Shown piece after piece: positions 8,119 to 18,421 of a stretch of DNA of 64,000 bases. The stretch's first letter is position 1, and every line of letters starts with the position of its first letter. The stretch spans positions 23,446-87,445 of the forward strand of contig JBAYHJ010000002.1 of NCBI GenBank assembly GCA_041666225.1, read 5' to 3'. The notes under the pieces are model-generated. The model was not told the DNA's origin. It saw nothing but the letters and a program-made list of their open reading frames with translations, and ran no database searches. This DNA is from Minisyncoccota bacterium. GTDB lineage: Bacteria > Patescibacteriota > Minisyncoccia > Phycocordibacterales > UBA9973. The translations under genes were made by a program, and so were the position numbers.

Positions 8119-10659
8119 ATGCAAAATTACGATCATAAAAAAATAGAAAAAAAATGGCAAAGTGAATGGGAAAAGAAAGAAATTTATAAAACTTTAAATT
8201 CTGGAAAAGGAAAAAAGATGTATGTTCTTGATATGTTTCCATATCCTTCTGGTGTTGGATTGCATGTCGGACATCCTCGTGGCTATATAGGGAGTGATGT
8301 TTATGCTCGAATGAAGCGCATGCAAGGTTATAACGTACTTCACCCTATGGGTTATGATGCTTTTGGATTGCCTGCTGAACAGTATGCATTAGAGCATAAA
8401 ATTCATCCCAAAAAAGCAGTAGAAGAAAATGTAAAAACTTTTGAACGTCAACTTTCTATTATTGGTCTTTCTTATGATTGGTCACGAAAAGTGAATACTA
8501 CCGATCCCAAATATTATAAATGGACACAATGGATCTTTCTTCAGATTTACAACTCTTGGTTTGATGTGATAAAAAACAAAGCAAGAAGTATAAAAGAGCT
8601 CGAATTAATTTTTGATAAAAGTGGAAATGAAAGAGTCAATGCTGTCTGTAGTAACGACACAGAAATTTTTACTGCAAAAAAATGGAAATTATTTTCTAAA
8701 AAAGAAAAGCAAGATATCCTTATGAAATATCGTCTTGCTTACGAAGGATATAGTGAAGTAAATTGGTGTCAAGAAATGGGAACAGTTTTGGCCAATGATG
8801 AAATAGTAAATGATATAAAAGGCAACTCAATTTCTGAGCGCGGAGGATATCCTGTAGAGAAAAAATTAATGCGTCAATGGTTTATGCGAATTACAGCTTA
8901 TGCAGATAGATTATTGTCTGGATTAGATGAATTGGAGTGGAGTGACCATATAAAAGAAATTCAAAGAAATTGGATAGGTAAATCAGAGGGGAGTGAAATT
9001 AGTTTTAAAGTTCGAGTTACCAAAAAGTTTTCCTCAGGTCCTCGGATGAGGGAGGACGAGGAGCCAGACCATTCAGAAAATCTTTTTGGCAACTCTCACT
9101 TGATAAAAGTATTTACAACTCGGGCAGATACTATATTTGGTGCGACTTATGTTGTGCTTGCACCAGAACATAAAATAATTACAAATTATAAATCACAAAT
9201 TACTAATTGGGAAGAAGTGGAAGAATATATTTCTGGAATTAAAAATAAGACAGATGAAGATCGTACAAAGAATGATAAAGAAAAAACAGGTGTTGAATTA
9301 AAAGGAATAAAAGCCATTAATCCCGCAAACGGAGAAGAAATTCCTATTTGGATTGCTGACTATGTTTTGGCTTCGTATGGAACAGGAGCTATAATGGCCG
9401 TGCCAATGCACGATGAGAGAGATAGAAATTTTGCGACCAAATTTAATTTACCGATAATAGATGAGCCTTTAGTTGATGCAAGTGAAATAACAAGAAAAGT
9501 TGGTGGAAAAATTGTTACTAAATACAAAATGCGAGATGCGATTTTTGCTCGTCAGAGATATTGGGGGGAGCCAATACCACTAAAACATGATAAAGATGGT
9601 ATTATTTTCGAATTAAAAAATAAAGATTTACCTTTAGAGTTACCAAAAGTAAAATCATATTCTTTTACTGGAACTGGGGAATCCCCACTTGCTGGAATAA
9701 AATCATGGGTGAAGGAAGGTTATGAGACAAATACAATGCCAGGATGGGCTGGAAGTTCTTGGTACTTCTTGCGATATATGGATCCTGAAAACAAAAAGGA
9801 GTTTGCTTCTAAAAAAGCTATAAATTATTGGAAAAATGTAGATATGTATGTAGGTGGAGCTGAGCATGCGACTGGTCATTTATTATATTCACGTTTCTGG
9901 AATAATTTTCTTTATGATATGGGTTATGTATCATTCGAAGAACCATTTAAAAGAATGAAAAATATAGGAATGGTTTTAGCTACAGATGGACGCAAAATGA
10001 GTAAGAGGTGGGGAAATGTTATTAACCCAGATGATATTGTGAAAAATTATGGAGCAGATACTCTTCGTGTTTATGAAATGTTCATGGGCCCATTTGAACA
10101 AAGTCTTCCTTGGTCCACAGAAAGTATAATAGGATCTAGGCGCTTTATTGATAGAGTTTTTAGGCTACAAGAAAAGATTAGTGATAAAAAAAGTTCTATT
10201 GAAATAGAGAAAATTCTTCATAAAACTATAAAGAAAGTTAGCGAAGATATCGAAAATTTTGCTTTCAACACAGCTATTTCTTCTATGATGATTTTAGTAA
10301 ACGAATTTGAAAAAACTGATTTTATAAATAAAGATGATTTTAAAAAATTTTTACAAATACTTTCACCATTTGCACCACATATTACAGAAGAGATCTGGCA
10401 AAATCTTGGAGAGAAGAAATCAATTCACAAGAGTTCGTGGCCGAAATGGGACAAGAAGAAAATTATAGATGAAATGATAAAAATTGCTATTCAGGTAAAC
10501 GGAAAAGTTCGAACAGAATTAATAATACCCATAGATATGACAGAACAGAAAATAAAGGATTTAGCCTTAAAAAACGAGAAAATCGTTGTATGGACACAGA
10601 ATAAAGAAATTAAAAAAATTATTTATATACCTCATAGAGTTATAAACATAGTTGTCTAG
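8119..10659 (+). CDS. leuS: leucyl-tRNA synthetase
   Basis: PYPSGVGLHVGHPRGYIGSDVYARMKRMQGYNVLHPMGYDAFGLPAEQYA has the HIGH region; KMSKRWGNV is the KMSKS motif; 846 aa. Confidence 0.95.
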   Translation: MQNYDHKKIEKKWQSEWEKKEIYKTLNSGKGKKMYVLDMFPYPSGVGLHVGHPRGYIGSDVYARMKRMQGYNVLHPMGYDAFGLPAEQYALEHKIHPKKAVEENVKTFERQLSIIGLSYDWSRKVNTTDPKYYKWTQWIFLQIYNSWFDVIKNKARSIKELELIFDKSGNERVNAVCSNDTEIFTAKKWKLFSKKEKQDILMKYRLAYEGYSEVNWCQEMGTVLANDEIVNDIKGNSISERGGYPVEKKLMRQWFMRITAYADRLLSGLDELEWSDHIKEIQRNWIGKSEGSEISFKVRVTKKFSSGPRMREDEEPDHSENLFGNSHLIKVFTTRADTIFGATYVVLAPEHKIITNYKSQITNWEEVEEYISGIKNKTDEDRTKNDKEKTGVELKGIKAINPANGEEIPIWIADYVLASYGTGAIMAVPMHDERDRNFATKFNLPIIDEPLVDASEITRKVGGKIVTKYKMRDAIFARQRYWGEPIPLKHDKDGIIFELKNKDLPLELPKVKSYSFTGTGESPLAGIKSWVKEGYETNTMPGWAGSSWYFLRYMDPENKKEFASKKAINYWKNVDMYVGGAEHATGHLLYSRFWNNFLYDMGYVSFEEPFKRMKNIGMVLATDGRKMSKRWGNVINPDDIVKNYGADTLRVYEMFMGPFEQSLPWSTESIIGSRRFIDRVFRLQEKISDKKSSIEIEKILHKTIKKVSEDIENFAFNTAISSMMILVNEFEKTDFINKDDFKKFLQILSPFAPHITEEIWQNLGEKKSIHKSSWPKWDKKKIIDEMIKIAIQVNGKVRTELIIPIDMTEQKIKDLALKNEKIVVWTQNKEIKKIIYIPHRVINIVV

Positions 10660-10729
10660 TCTTATTTTCTTTTATTGTGTATAATTATGTAATCTTATTA
10701 TTTATTATTAACCTAAATTAACCTATAAA

Positions 10730-13090
10730 ATGGAATCAAAAAAAGTAGAATTTTTTAATAAATTGTCGTTTTTAACATTATTAGTTACTATTATTGTGTG
10801 TCTTTTCTTTTTTATTCCTTACACCCCAGTTACACTAGAGGCAAGTAAGGGATTTCTTTTGTCAGTTGGAGCCACGCTCTCATTATTTTTCTGGTTGATT
10901 TCAAGACTTGGTGATGGCAAGTTTGTAATTCCTAAAGATAAATTAATTCTATTTGCGGGAGCAATTCCTGTAGTCTTTCTGGTGGCTTCATTTTTTTCTT
11001 CATCACTATATATTTCTCTTTTTGGAAGTGGTTTTGAAATCGGGACATTTGGGTCAATGCTAGTTTTATTTATTGTTTTCTTCTTGTCTTCAATATATTT
11101 CCAAACAGAAAAACGTTTATGGTTTTTTGTATGGGCAATGTTTATAGGTGGATTAATCTTGGTTATTTTTGAATTTCTCACTTTATTTATTGGTTTTGAT
11201 AGAATTTTACCAGGATTCTTACAGGGAATCTCTTCTGGTAATTTAGTTGGTAGTTGGAATAATTTTGCCTTTTTACTTGGTATTATGGTTTTGTTATCGG
11301 TATTTACAATAGAATTATTAAGAACAAAAAAACTGCTATTTAGAATAGCTCAATATGTATTATTGTTACTTGGAGTATTATTTCTAATAGTTGTAAATGT
11401 TCCACTAGTTTGGATATTAGTTGGATTATTTTCTGTTATTATCTTTGTGTATAGTATTGCGGTGCAACATTCAGGTGCAAATATTATTCAAGAAGAAAAT
11501 GAAAAGAAAAAGTTTCCTTTTGCATCTTTGATTATTATTTTTATTTCACTCTTATCTTTGATTGGAAGTAATCTTGTTGGTAACTTTCTCTCAAATTATG
11601 TAAGTATAAATAATCCAGATATTCGCCCTTCTATTGTTACCACTTCTCAAATTGCCTATAAAGCAATCAGACATAACCCTTTCTTTGGCACAGGTCCAAA
11701 TACTTTTATGATTGATTGGTCTCTATGGCAACCAAAAGAAATTGCCCAGACAATTTTCTGGAATGCTGATTTTTCAAATGGTTTTAGTCTTTTGGCAACT
11801 TTTGCAGTAACTACAGGGTTACTAGGTTTGATATCGATGTTATTTTTCTTGGTTATTTATGTTGCGAGAAGTATACAGTCAATAAGAATAGCATTACAAA
11901 ATAAACTTTCTAATTATTTTATAATGACCACATTGATGATTTCTTTGTATTCATGGATTACTGTAATTTTCTACAATCCAAATATAATAATGTTAATGTT
12001 ATCATTTGCAACTAGTGGTATGTTGATCGGAATATTGGTTTACAAGCAAGCAATACCAGTAAAAGAATTTTCCTTTCTATCTGACCCACGTAATAGTTTC
12101 TTCTCAATATTAGGATTAGTTGTTTTGATGGTGGCTTCAGTTTCTTTGACCTATGTTTATATTGAAAAATTTACTTCATTGATGTATTTCTCTAAGGGTT
12201 TAAGTAGTGAAAACACAATGGAATCGCTTTCTAAATCAGAAGGAATGTTTTTAAGAGCTATTTCTTTAGATAAGAATGATATTTATTATCGTGGATTATC
12301 TCAATTATATATTAGTAAAATTAATCTTCTTTTAAGCAATAAAGATATTTCTCAAGATGCACTTAAATCAGATCTCCAGCAGTTAATTAATCTTGCTCAA
12401 GAAAAAGCAGAATTAGCTGTTGCTCAAAATCCTAAACAATATTTAAACTACATGAATCTAGGTAATATTTACAGTACTTTAGTTCCGTTATCTGTTTCAA
12501 ATAGTTATGAAAGTGCCATTTTTGCTTATGATAAAGCAGCTCTGTTGGCTCCCAATAATCCTTCTGTCCCACTAGCAAAGGCTTCTCTTGAGTTTATAAA
12601 TAAAAATAACAGTGAATCACGAAAATTTATTAAACAAGCTCTGGATCTAAAAGCTAACTATGTAGATGCTATTTTTCTTCTTGTGCAAATTGAAACCAAT
12701 GAAGGTAATTTAGCCGAGGCTATTAAACAAGCTGAATATGCAGGAGAAATGGCTCCAAATGATGCTACGGTGTTCTTTAGATTAGGATTATTAAGATATA
12801 ATAACAATGAATATAGTAGTGCAGTTAGTGCTTTTGAGCAAGCTGTTATTAAAGATAATAGTTATTTAAACGCTCGATATTTCTTAGGTTTATCATATAA
12901 GAAAGTTGGACGTTCTAGTGATGCTCTTATCCAATTTAATATTCTAAATAAAATTGTTCCAGACAATCAAGATATAAAAGATGCTATTAATTCAATTAAT
13001 TTGCCATCTCAAACAAATACGACAAATGATACTAAAATAGATAATATTACAAACAATAAGATAAAACCACCTCTACAGGAAAAACAATAA
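10730..13090 (+). CDS. O-antigen ligase/polymerase-like polytopic membrane protein with C-terminal TPR repeats
   Basis: About 12 hydrophobic helices (Wzy_C/O-antigen-ligase-like topology) are followed by multiple TPR-like units (for example AEAIKQAEYAGEMAPNDATVFFRLGLLRYNNNEYSSAVSAFEQAV). Confidence 0.65.
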   Translation: MESKKVEFFNKLSFLTLLVTIIVCLFFFIPYTPVTLEASKGFLLSVGATLSLFFWLISRLGDGKFVIPKDKLILFAGAIPVVFLVASFFSSSLYISLFGSGFEIGTFGSMLVLFIVFFLSSIYFQTEKRLWFFVWAMFIGGLILVIFEFLTLFIGFDRILPGFLQGISSGNLVGSWNNFAFLLGIMVLLSVFTIELLRTKKLLFRIAQYVLLLLGVLFLIVVNVPLVWILVGLFSVIIFVYSIAVQHSGANIIQEENEKKKFPFASLIIIFISLLSLIGSNLVGNFLSNYVSINNPDIRPSIVTTSQIAYKAIRHNPFFGTGPNTFMIDWSLWQPKEIAQTIFWNADFSNGFSLLATFAVTTGLLGLISMLFFLVIYVARSIQSIRIALQNKLSNYFIMTTLMISLYSWITVIFYNPNIIMLMLSFATSGMLIGILVYKQAIPVKEFSFLSDPRNSFFSILGLVVLMVASVSLTYVYIEKFTSLMYFSKGLSSENTMESLSKSEGMFLRAISLDKNDIYYRGLSQLYISKINLLLSNKDISQDALKSDLQQLINLAQEKAELAVAQNPKQYLNYMNLGNIYSTLVPLSVSNSYESAIFAYDKAALLAPNNPSVPLAKASLEFINKNNSESRKFIKQALDLKANYVDAIFLLVQIETNEGNLAEAIKQAEYAGEMAPNDATVFFRLGLLRYNNNEYSSAVSAFEQAVIKDNSYLNARYFLGLSYKKVGRSSDALIQFNILNKIVPDNQDIKDAINSINLPSQTNTTNDTKIDNITNNKIKPPLQEKQ

Positions 13091-13115
13091 TTATTCTTTA
13101 ATTTAGAAATTCGCA

Positions 13116-14804
13116 ATGGTTAATCGTATTCTTACATTTCTTAATAAAGAATTTCGTGGAGTAAACGAAGCCGCCCTATTACTTGGCGGCTTTGCTTTTC
13201 TGTCTCAAATATTAGGGCTTATTCGAGATAGAACTCTTGCTCATATAGTAGGGGCAGGTCCAATGCTTGATATTTACTATGCCGCATTTAGAATTCCTGA
13301 TTTTTTATATTTATCAATTGCGTCTTTAGCCTCTGTTACTGTATTGATGCCATTTTTAATGGAAAAAATTAATACAAATAATAATAATATAGATAAGGCA
13401 AAGATTTTCATAAATAATATATTTAGTGCCTATATTCTTTTTATGATTATAGCTAGTGGAATAATTGCTATTTTGATGCCTTATATAGTTCGCTATATTG
13501 TTCCTGGTTTTAATGAGTCTCAAATTAGTTTACTAATTACAACTAGTCGCATAATGTTACTTTCCCCAATATTAATTGGATTATCTAATTTAATTGGTAC
13601 TGTTACCCAATTATTTAGAAATTTCCTTATATTTTCATTATCTCCAGTTTTTTATAATATAGGTATTCTTCTGGGTGTTATATTTCTTTATCCCAAATTT
13701 GGTGTTTATGGGTTAAGTATTGGTGTTATTTTAGGAGCATTTATGCATTTTATTATCCAAGTACCGGTAGTTCTAAAGCATAATTTTTTTCCAAAATTTA
13801 CTATTAAAATTAATTGGCGTGAAATATTTCAAGTTATAAAATTATCTGCACCAAGAACTCTAACTTTATCTTGCAATAGTTTGGCTTTTATTTTTCTTAT
13901 TGCGATGGCTTCAACCTTAAAACAAGGTTCAATATCTTTATTTACTTTTGCTTTCAACTTACAATCTGTTCCGGTTGGAATTATTGGTATATCTTATTCT
14001 GTTGCTGCCTTCCCGATTTTAGTTAAATCATTTTCTATGAAGGATATGGATAATTTTATTGGACAGATTATTTTGGCTGCTAGACAAATTATATTTTGGT
14101 CTCTACCAGTTATTGTATTATTGGTTGTTCTCCGTGCTCAGATTGTGCGTGTTGTTTTAGGTTCAAATACTTTTACATGGGCAGATACTAGATTAACTGC
14201 TGCGTCTATTGCTTTGTTTGTTGTATCTCTTGCATCTCAAGGGCTAGTCCTTTTGTTTGTTAGAGGATACTATGCAGCAGGTAATACCAAAAAACCATTA
14301 TTTATAAATGTATTTTCATCTGTAATGGTTATTGTTTTTGCTCAAATATTAATTTTTATCTTCAAAAATTACCCCAATATTCTTATTAACTTAGAATCAA
14401 TTTTAAGAGTTAAAGATGTGCCTGGAACTATAATGTTGGCGTTACCAATGGCTTATGCCATGGGTTCGCTCCTCAATTTTTTCTTGATATGGATAATGTT
14501 CAAAAAAGATTTTCTTCGTGATAAAAAACTTAATCTTTCTACTTGTTTCATCGAGAGTTCTACTAGTGCGATTATAATGGGGTTGGTTGCTTATATTTCC
14601 CTTGGATTTTTTGATGGAGTTTTGAATTTAGAAACAGGACGAGGGATTTTTCTTCAGGGATTTTTCTCAGGTGTATTAGGAATTATATCTGGTATTTTAA
14701 TTTTAATTATGTTTAAAAATAAGGAATTTTTTGACATAATAAATGCTCTAAAGAATAAATTTTGGCGTAATAGAGTTATTGCCCCAGAACAATCTGATCT
14801 CTAA
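13116..14804 (+). CDS. murJ: lipid II flippase MurJ (MviN)
   Basis: LGLIRDRTLAHIVGAGPMLDIYYAAFRIPDFLY is a MurJ N-terminal signature; the protein is polytopic and 562 aa. Confidence 0.85.
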   Translation: MVNRILTFLNKEFRGVNEAALLLGGFAFLSQILGLIRDRTLAHIVGAGPMLDIYYAAFRIPDFLYLSIASLASVTVLMPFLMEKINTNNNNIDKAKIFINNIFSAYILFMIIASGIIAILMPYIVRYIVPGFNESQISLLITTSRIMLLSPILIGLSNLIGTVTQLFRNFLIFSLSPVFYNIGILLGVIFLYPKFGVYGLSIGVILGAFMHFIIQVPVVLKHNFFPKFTIKINWREIFQVIKLSAPRTLTLSCNSLAFIFLIAMASTLKQGSISLFTFAFNLQSVPVGIIGISYSVAAFPILVKSFSMKDMDNFIGQIILAARQIIFWSLPVIVLLVVLRAQIVRVVLGSNTFTWADTRLTAASIALFVVSLASQGLVLLFVRGYYAAGNTKKPLFINVFSSVMVIVFAQILIFIFKNYPNILINLESILRVKDVPGTIMLALPMAYAMGSLLNFFLIWIMFKKDFLRDKKLNLSTCFIESSTSAIIMGLVAYISLGFFDGVLNLETGRGIFLQGFFSGVLGIISGILILIMFKNKEFFDIINALKNKFWRNRVIAPEQSDL

Positions 14805-14807
14805 GTC

Positions 14808-14835
14808 AGCTTTTATTTTAAAGCTTTTTTTGCTA
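14808..14835 (+). terminator. intrinsic terminator after murJ
   Basis: AGCTTT-TATTTT-AAAGCT hairpin followed by TTTTTTT. Confidence 0.5.
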
Positions 14836-14845
14836 GTATAGACCT

Positions 14846-16714
14846 ATGGATATTAAATCAATTAGAAATTTTTCAATTATTGCCCATATTGATCATGGCA
14901 AGAGTACTTTGGCAGATCGAATGATAGAAGTGACTGGGACGATAGAAAAACGTAAAATGAAAGACCAGGTTCTTGATTCTATGGAATTAGAAAGAGAACG
15001 TGGTATAACCATAAAAATGCAACCAGTTCGAATGGAGTATTCTTTAAAAATTAAGAATGAAGAATTAGGAATTAGGAATGAAGATACAAAAATAGAAAAA
15101 TACATTTTAAATTTAATTGATACCCCTGGACATATTGATTTCTCATATGAAGTATCTCGTGCTCTAAAGGCCGTGGAAGGCTCTATATTGCTCGTAGATG
15201 CGACTCAGGGGGTTCAAGCTCAGACACTTACAACACTACAGATGGCTCGCGATTCTGGGCTCGTAATAATTCCAGTACTTTCCAAGATAGATTCACCCCT
15301 TGCTCGGGTAGATGAAATAAAGATGGAGGTCGCATTACTTTTAGATATTGACCCAGATACTATTTTACTTGTTTCTGGTAAGACAGGTGAGGGGGTAGAA
15401 TTACTCCTTGAAGAAATAGTTAGAAAAATTCCTTGTCCTCATGTTTCTGAAAATAATACACCTTTACAAAATAATAGCGGAAGAGCTTTGGTCTTTGATT
15501 TCAAATATGACAATCATAGGGGGGTTATAGTTTATATTCGTGTAATTGATGGAAAATTTAAAAAAGGTGAATCATTGTTATTTGCTGTTTCAGCCGAGAA
15601 ATTTATTTCACTTGAAGTTGGAACATTTTCTCCAGAAGAAGAGCCTCAAGAGTTTATTGGTAAAGGTGAAATAGGTTACATTGTGACTGGTATTAAAAAG
15701 CCTGGAATTGCATCAGTTGGTGATACTATTACTTTTTTAAAAAATCCAATGCTTGCATTACCTGGATATAAAAATCCAAGACCAGTGGTTTGGGCATCAA
15801 TTTATCCAGAAAGTCAGGATGATTTTCCAAATCTTAAACAGGCTTTAGGGCGACTAAGATTATCGGATTCTTCTTTTTCATATGAAGAAGAAAATTCAGG
15901 ATCATTGGGGCGTGGTTATCGTTGTGGATTTTTAGGTATGCTTCACTTGGAGATAATTACAGAAAGATTAAATCGTGAGTTTGATTTGCAATTAATAGTA
16001 ACAATGCCTTCTATTACTTATAAAGTATTACTTCGAAATGGTAAAGAAGAAATAATATATTCCCCCCACCTTTTTCCTGATGATGGGAATATTGTAAAAG
16101 TGTTTGAACCGTGGGTAAATGTGAAAATTATTACTCCATCTAAATATTTAAGTTCACTTATGCCATTTTTATATGATCATGAAGGTCAAGTAAAAGGAAC
16201 AGATAATTTTGGAGATAATAGATCTTCTATTGATTTAGAAATGCCACTTCGTGAACTTATGCGTAATTTCTTTGACGATATGAAAAGTATTACCTCAGGG
16301 TATTCTTCTATTTCTTATGAAATAGGTGAATACAAAGAGGCTGATGTTGTGAGGTTAGATATAATCGTGGCCGATGAACCTATGGCTGCCTTTTGTAGAG
16401 TTGTCTCACGGAGGAAAGTGGAAGATGAAGCAAAATCACAAGTAGAGAAACTAAAAGATATTATTCCACGACAGCAATTTAATTTTAAGATTCAGGGAAA
16501 AGCTTTGGGTCGGATTATTTCTTCTGAGTCAGTTTCAGCTTTTCGTAAAGATGTCCTTATGCATGGAAGTAAAGTTGTTGGAGGAGGGGATGTGAGTCGA
16601 AAAAAGAAATTACTTGAGAAGCAGAAAAAGGGTAAAAAGAGAATGCAGGCTAACGCAAAAATAAACATCTCTCATGATGTCTTCTTGAAAATGATGCGGG
16701 GTACAAATAATTAA
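14846..16714 (+). CDS. lepA: elongation factor 4 (LepA)
   Basis: IRNFSIIAHIDHGKSTLADRM G1 motif, DTPGHIDF, a GTP-binding EF-G-like fold and the LepA C-terminal domain; 622 aa. Confidence 0.95.
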   Translation: MDIKSIRNFSIIAHIDHGKSTLADRMIEVTGTIEKRKMKDQVLDSMELERERGITIKMQPVRMEYSLKIKNEELGIRNEDTKIEKYILNLIDTPGHIDFSYEVSRALKAVEGSILLVDATQGVQAQTLTTLQMARDSGLVIIPVLSKIDSPLARVDEIKMEVALLLDIDPDTILLVSGKTGEGVELLLEEIVRKIPCPHVSENNTPLQNNSGRALVFDFKYDNHRGVIVYIRVIDGKFKKGESLLFAVSAEKFISLEVGTFSPEEEPQEFIGKGEIGYIVTGIKKPGIASVGDTITFLKNPMLALPGYKNPRPVVWASIYPESQDDFPNLKQALGRLRLSDSSFSYEEENSGSLGRGYRCGFLGMLHLEIITERLNREFDLQLIVTMPSITYKVLLRNGKEEIIYSPHLFPDDGNIVKVFEPWVNVKIITPSKYLSSLMPFLYDHEGQVKGTDNFGDNRSSIDLEMPLRELMRNFFDDMKSITSGYSSISYEIGEYKEADVVRLDIIVADEPMAAFCRVVSRRKVEDEAKSQVEKLKDIIPRQQFNFKIQGKALGRIISSESVSAFRKDVLMHGSKVVGGGDVSRKKKLLEKQKKGKKRMQANAKINISHDVFLKMMRGTNN

Positions 16715-16860
16715 TAAATTAAAAGTACTTATTTAATAAGCCCAGGAATGTAAAGCAAAATCATACTTACAATAACAAGTATTGATATTATAGTGAAAGC
16801 TTTCTCCATCCTTTTCTTGTTTTTTGAATTAAAATCCATGGTATAATATTACCATTAAAT

Positions 16861-17241
16861 ATGACGAAAGGAAAGAAAGATAATTATATATTTTGGCACT
16901 CACCATTGGCATTAATTTTGCTTTTTTTAGTTTTAATATTTTTTGGATATAGAATTATTGATTTGATTCAAAAGGAAAGAGAAACTTCTCAAAAAAAAGA
17001 GTTAATTTTGGATCAAATAGATAGTTTAAAACAGAGACAAAATTCTCTATCCAAAGATATTTCAAAGATAAATACGGAAGAGGGTAAAGAAGAGATAATT
17101 AGAGAAAAATATCAAGTTGCAAAAGATGGAGAAAAAATGGTAATAATAGTTGATGAAGTAGTTAAGGATGATTCAGTAGAAGGGAGGGGTAATGAAGGTC
17201 ATGGTTTTTGGAATTGGATAAAAAGAATTTTTAAAAATTAA
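16861..17241 (+). CDS. ftsB: septum formation initiator family protein (FtsB/DivIC-like)
   Basis: N-terminal TM helix, a coiled coil and the C-terminal motif IIREKYQVAKDGEKMVIIVDE, which resembles the FtsB/DivIC signature. An extended -10 TGGTATAAT lies at 16839-16847. Confidence 0.6.
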   Translation: MTKGKKDNYIFWHSPLALILLFLVLIFFGYRIIDLIQKERETSQKKELILDQIDSLKQRQNSLSKDISKINTEEGKEEIIREKYQVAKDGEKMVIIVDEVVKDDSVEGRGNEGHGFWNWIKRIFKN

Positions 17242-17244
17242 ATT

Positions 17245-17315
17245 GCGGGTATAATATAGTGGTAATATGTTTGCTTCCCAAGCAAAAAACGTGGGTTCGA
17301 TTCCCACTATCCGCA
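17245..17315 (+). tRNA. tRNA-Gly (anticodon CCC)
   Basis: Cloverleaf: acceptor GCGGGTA/TATCCGC, D-arm, anticodon stem TTTGC/GCAAA with loop TTCCCAA, and T-arm GTGGG-TTCGATT-CCCAC. No encoded CCA. Confidence 0.85.
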
Positions 17316-17335
17316 CAAAATTATTTTATAAACTT

Positions 17336-17353
17336 GACAGGCTTGTCAAGAGT
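17336..17353. promoter_or_regulatory. palindrome CTTGACA-GGCT-TGTCAAG between tRNA-Gly and the glutaredoxin gene (terminator or operator)
   Basis: 7-bp perfect inverted repeat built from -35-like TTGACA hexamers; a third TTGACG follows 12 nt downstream. Confidence 0.3.
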
Positions 17354-17419
17354 GTTATTCTTGACGGCTGTGATATACTAGAAATAGGTAAGAAATTATT
17401 AATTAATATATAAAGCATC

Positions 17420-17659
17420 ATGAATAAAATAACAATTTACAGTACACCAACTTGTCATTTTTGCCACATGGCCAAAGATTTTTTTACTTCAAAAGGTTTC
17501 CCTTTTGTGGATTACAACGTTTCGACCGACTTAGAAAAAAGAAAAGAAATGGTAGATAAAAGTGGACAAATGGGTGTTCCAGTTATAGAAATAGGTGACA
17601 AGCTTATTGTTGGTTTTGATAAACCAAAAATAATGGCTTTACTTGGAATTACAGAGTAG
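17420..17659 (+). CDS. glutaredoxin-like protein (NrdH/Grx family)
   Basis: 79 aa; CHFC active site in IYSTPTCHFCHMAKDFF, and the thioredoxin-fold motif GVPVIEIGDK. Confidence 0.8.
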   Translation: MNKITIYSTPTCHFCHMAKDFFTSKGFPFVDYNVSTDLEKRKEMVDKSGQMGVPVIEIGDKLIVGFDKPKIMALLGITE

Positions 17660-17689
17660 TAATTTTTAAAGTAATATCGTATTATAAAG

Positions 17690-17714
17690 GCACCAGAAAT
17701 GGTGTCTTTATTTT
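17690..17714 (+). terminator. intrinsic terminator after the glutaredoxin gene
   Basis: GGCACC-AGAAAT-GGTGTC hairpin followed by TTTATTTT. Confidence 0.5.
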
Positions 17715-17786
17715 GCCCCCGTAGTTCAATGGACAGAACAGTCCCGTCCTAAGGGATAGATGTCAGTTCGATTCTGGCCAGGGGCA
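17715..17786 (+). tRNA. tRNA-Arg (anticodon CCT)
   Basis: Acceptor GCCCCCG, D-arm GTTC-AATGGACA-GAAC, anticodon stem GTCCC/GGGAT with loop GTCCTAA, T-arm GTCAG-TTCGATT-CTGGC, 3' CAGGGGC-A (one C-A mismatch in the acceptor stem). Confidence 0.75.
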
Positions 17787-17824
17787 CCTTTTAATTTATA
17801 TTAAAATATGATAATATCCTTTGT

Positions 17825-18121
17825 ATGGATCCTGAAGTAAAACAATTATTAGAAGAAAATCTTAGAATTTCTAAGGAGAATAATTTGTTACTTATTAAGG
17901 TTCGTAATGTTCAACGCTGGGCTCAAATAACTAGGATTTTATATTGGGTTGTTATAATTGGAATTTCTTTTGGGGCTTTGTATTACATAAAACCATATTT
18001 AGGAAATTTAATAAATGTATATTCTGGTGGGGCATCTGGGGTTGAAAACATTAGTGATATTTCAAGTAAGCTGAAAGACCAGCAACAAATTCAAGATTTA
18101 ATAAAATCATTAAACGAATAA
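17825..18121 (+). CDS. hypothetical small membrane protein (98 aa)
   Basis: One central TM helix (ILYWVVIIGISFGALYYI); sits between two tRNA genes. Confidence 0.5.
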   Translation: MDPEVKQLLEENLRISKENNLLLIKVRNVQRWAQITRILYWVVIIGISFGALYYIKPYLGNLINVYSGGASGVENISDISSKLKDQQQIQDLIKSLNE

Positions 18122-18145
18122 TTTTTTTATTTTAAAATATAATAT

Positions 18146-18221
18146 GCCTAGATAGCTCAGTTGGTAGAGCATTCCCCTGAAGAGGGAAGGGTCCCCAGTT
18201 CAAATCTGGGTCTAGGCACCA
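18146..18221 (+). tRNA. tRNA-Phe (anticodon GAA), CCA encoded
   Basis: GCCTAGATAGCTCAGTTGGTAGAGC...TTCCC-CTGAAGA-GGGAA...CCCAG-TTCAAAT-CTGGG-TCTAGGC-ACCA. Confidence 0.9.
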
Positions 18222-18421
18222 GAATGGAACAAATGAGTTCGAGCAGAGTTATATGCCTATACATACGTATAGATGTTAAATTGGAATATATCCCTTTGAA
18301 TTGGTGCGAAGCTATTGAACCTATACGGTTTATTTGACTTTTATGTATTTTGATTGTAATATATATAAAATTTTCATGTTATTTAATAACATAAATTCCC
18401 CACAAATAAAAACATAAATAA

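Noticed and set aside
10819-11181. 120-aa minus ORF inside the O-antigen-ligase/TPR gene, and similar antisense ORFs inside valS, murE, lysS, rarA, eno and others
   Set aside because: Embedded antisense frames in well-supported genes, with low-complexity composition and no independent signals.
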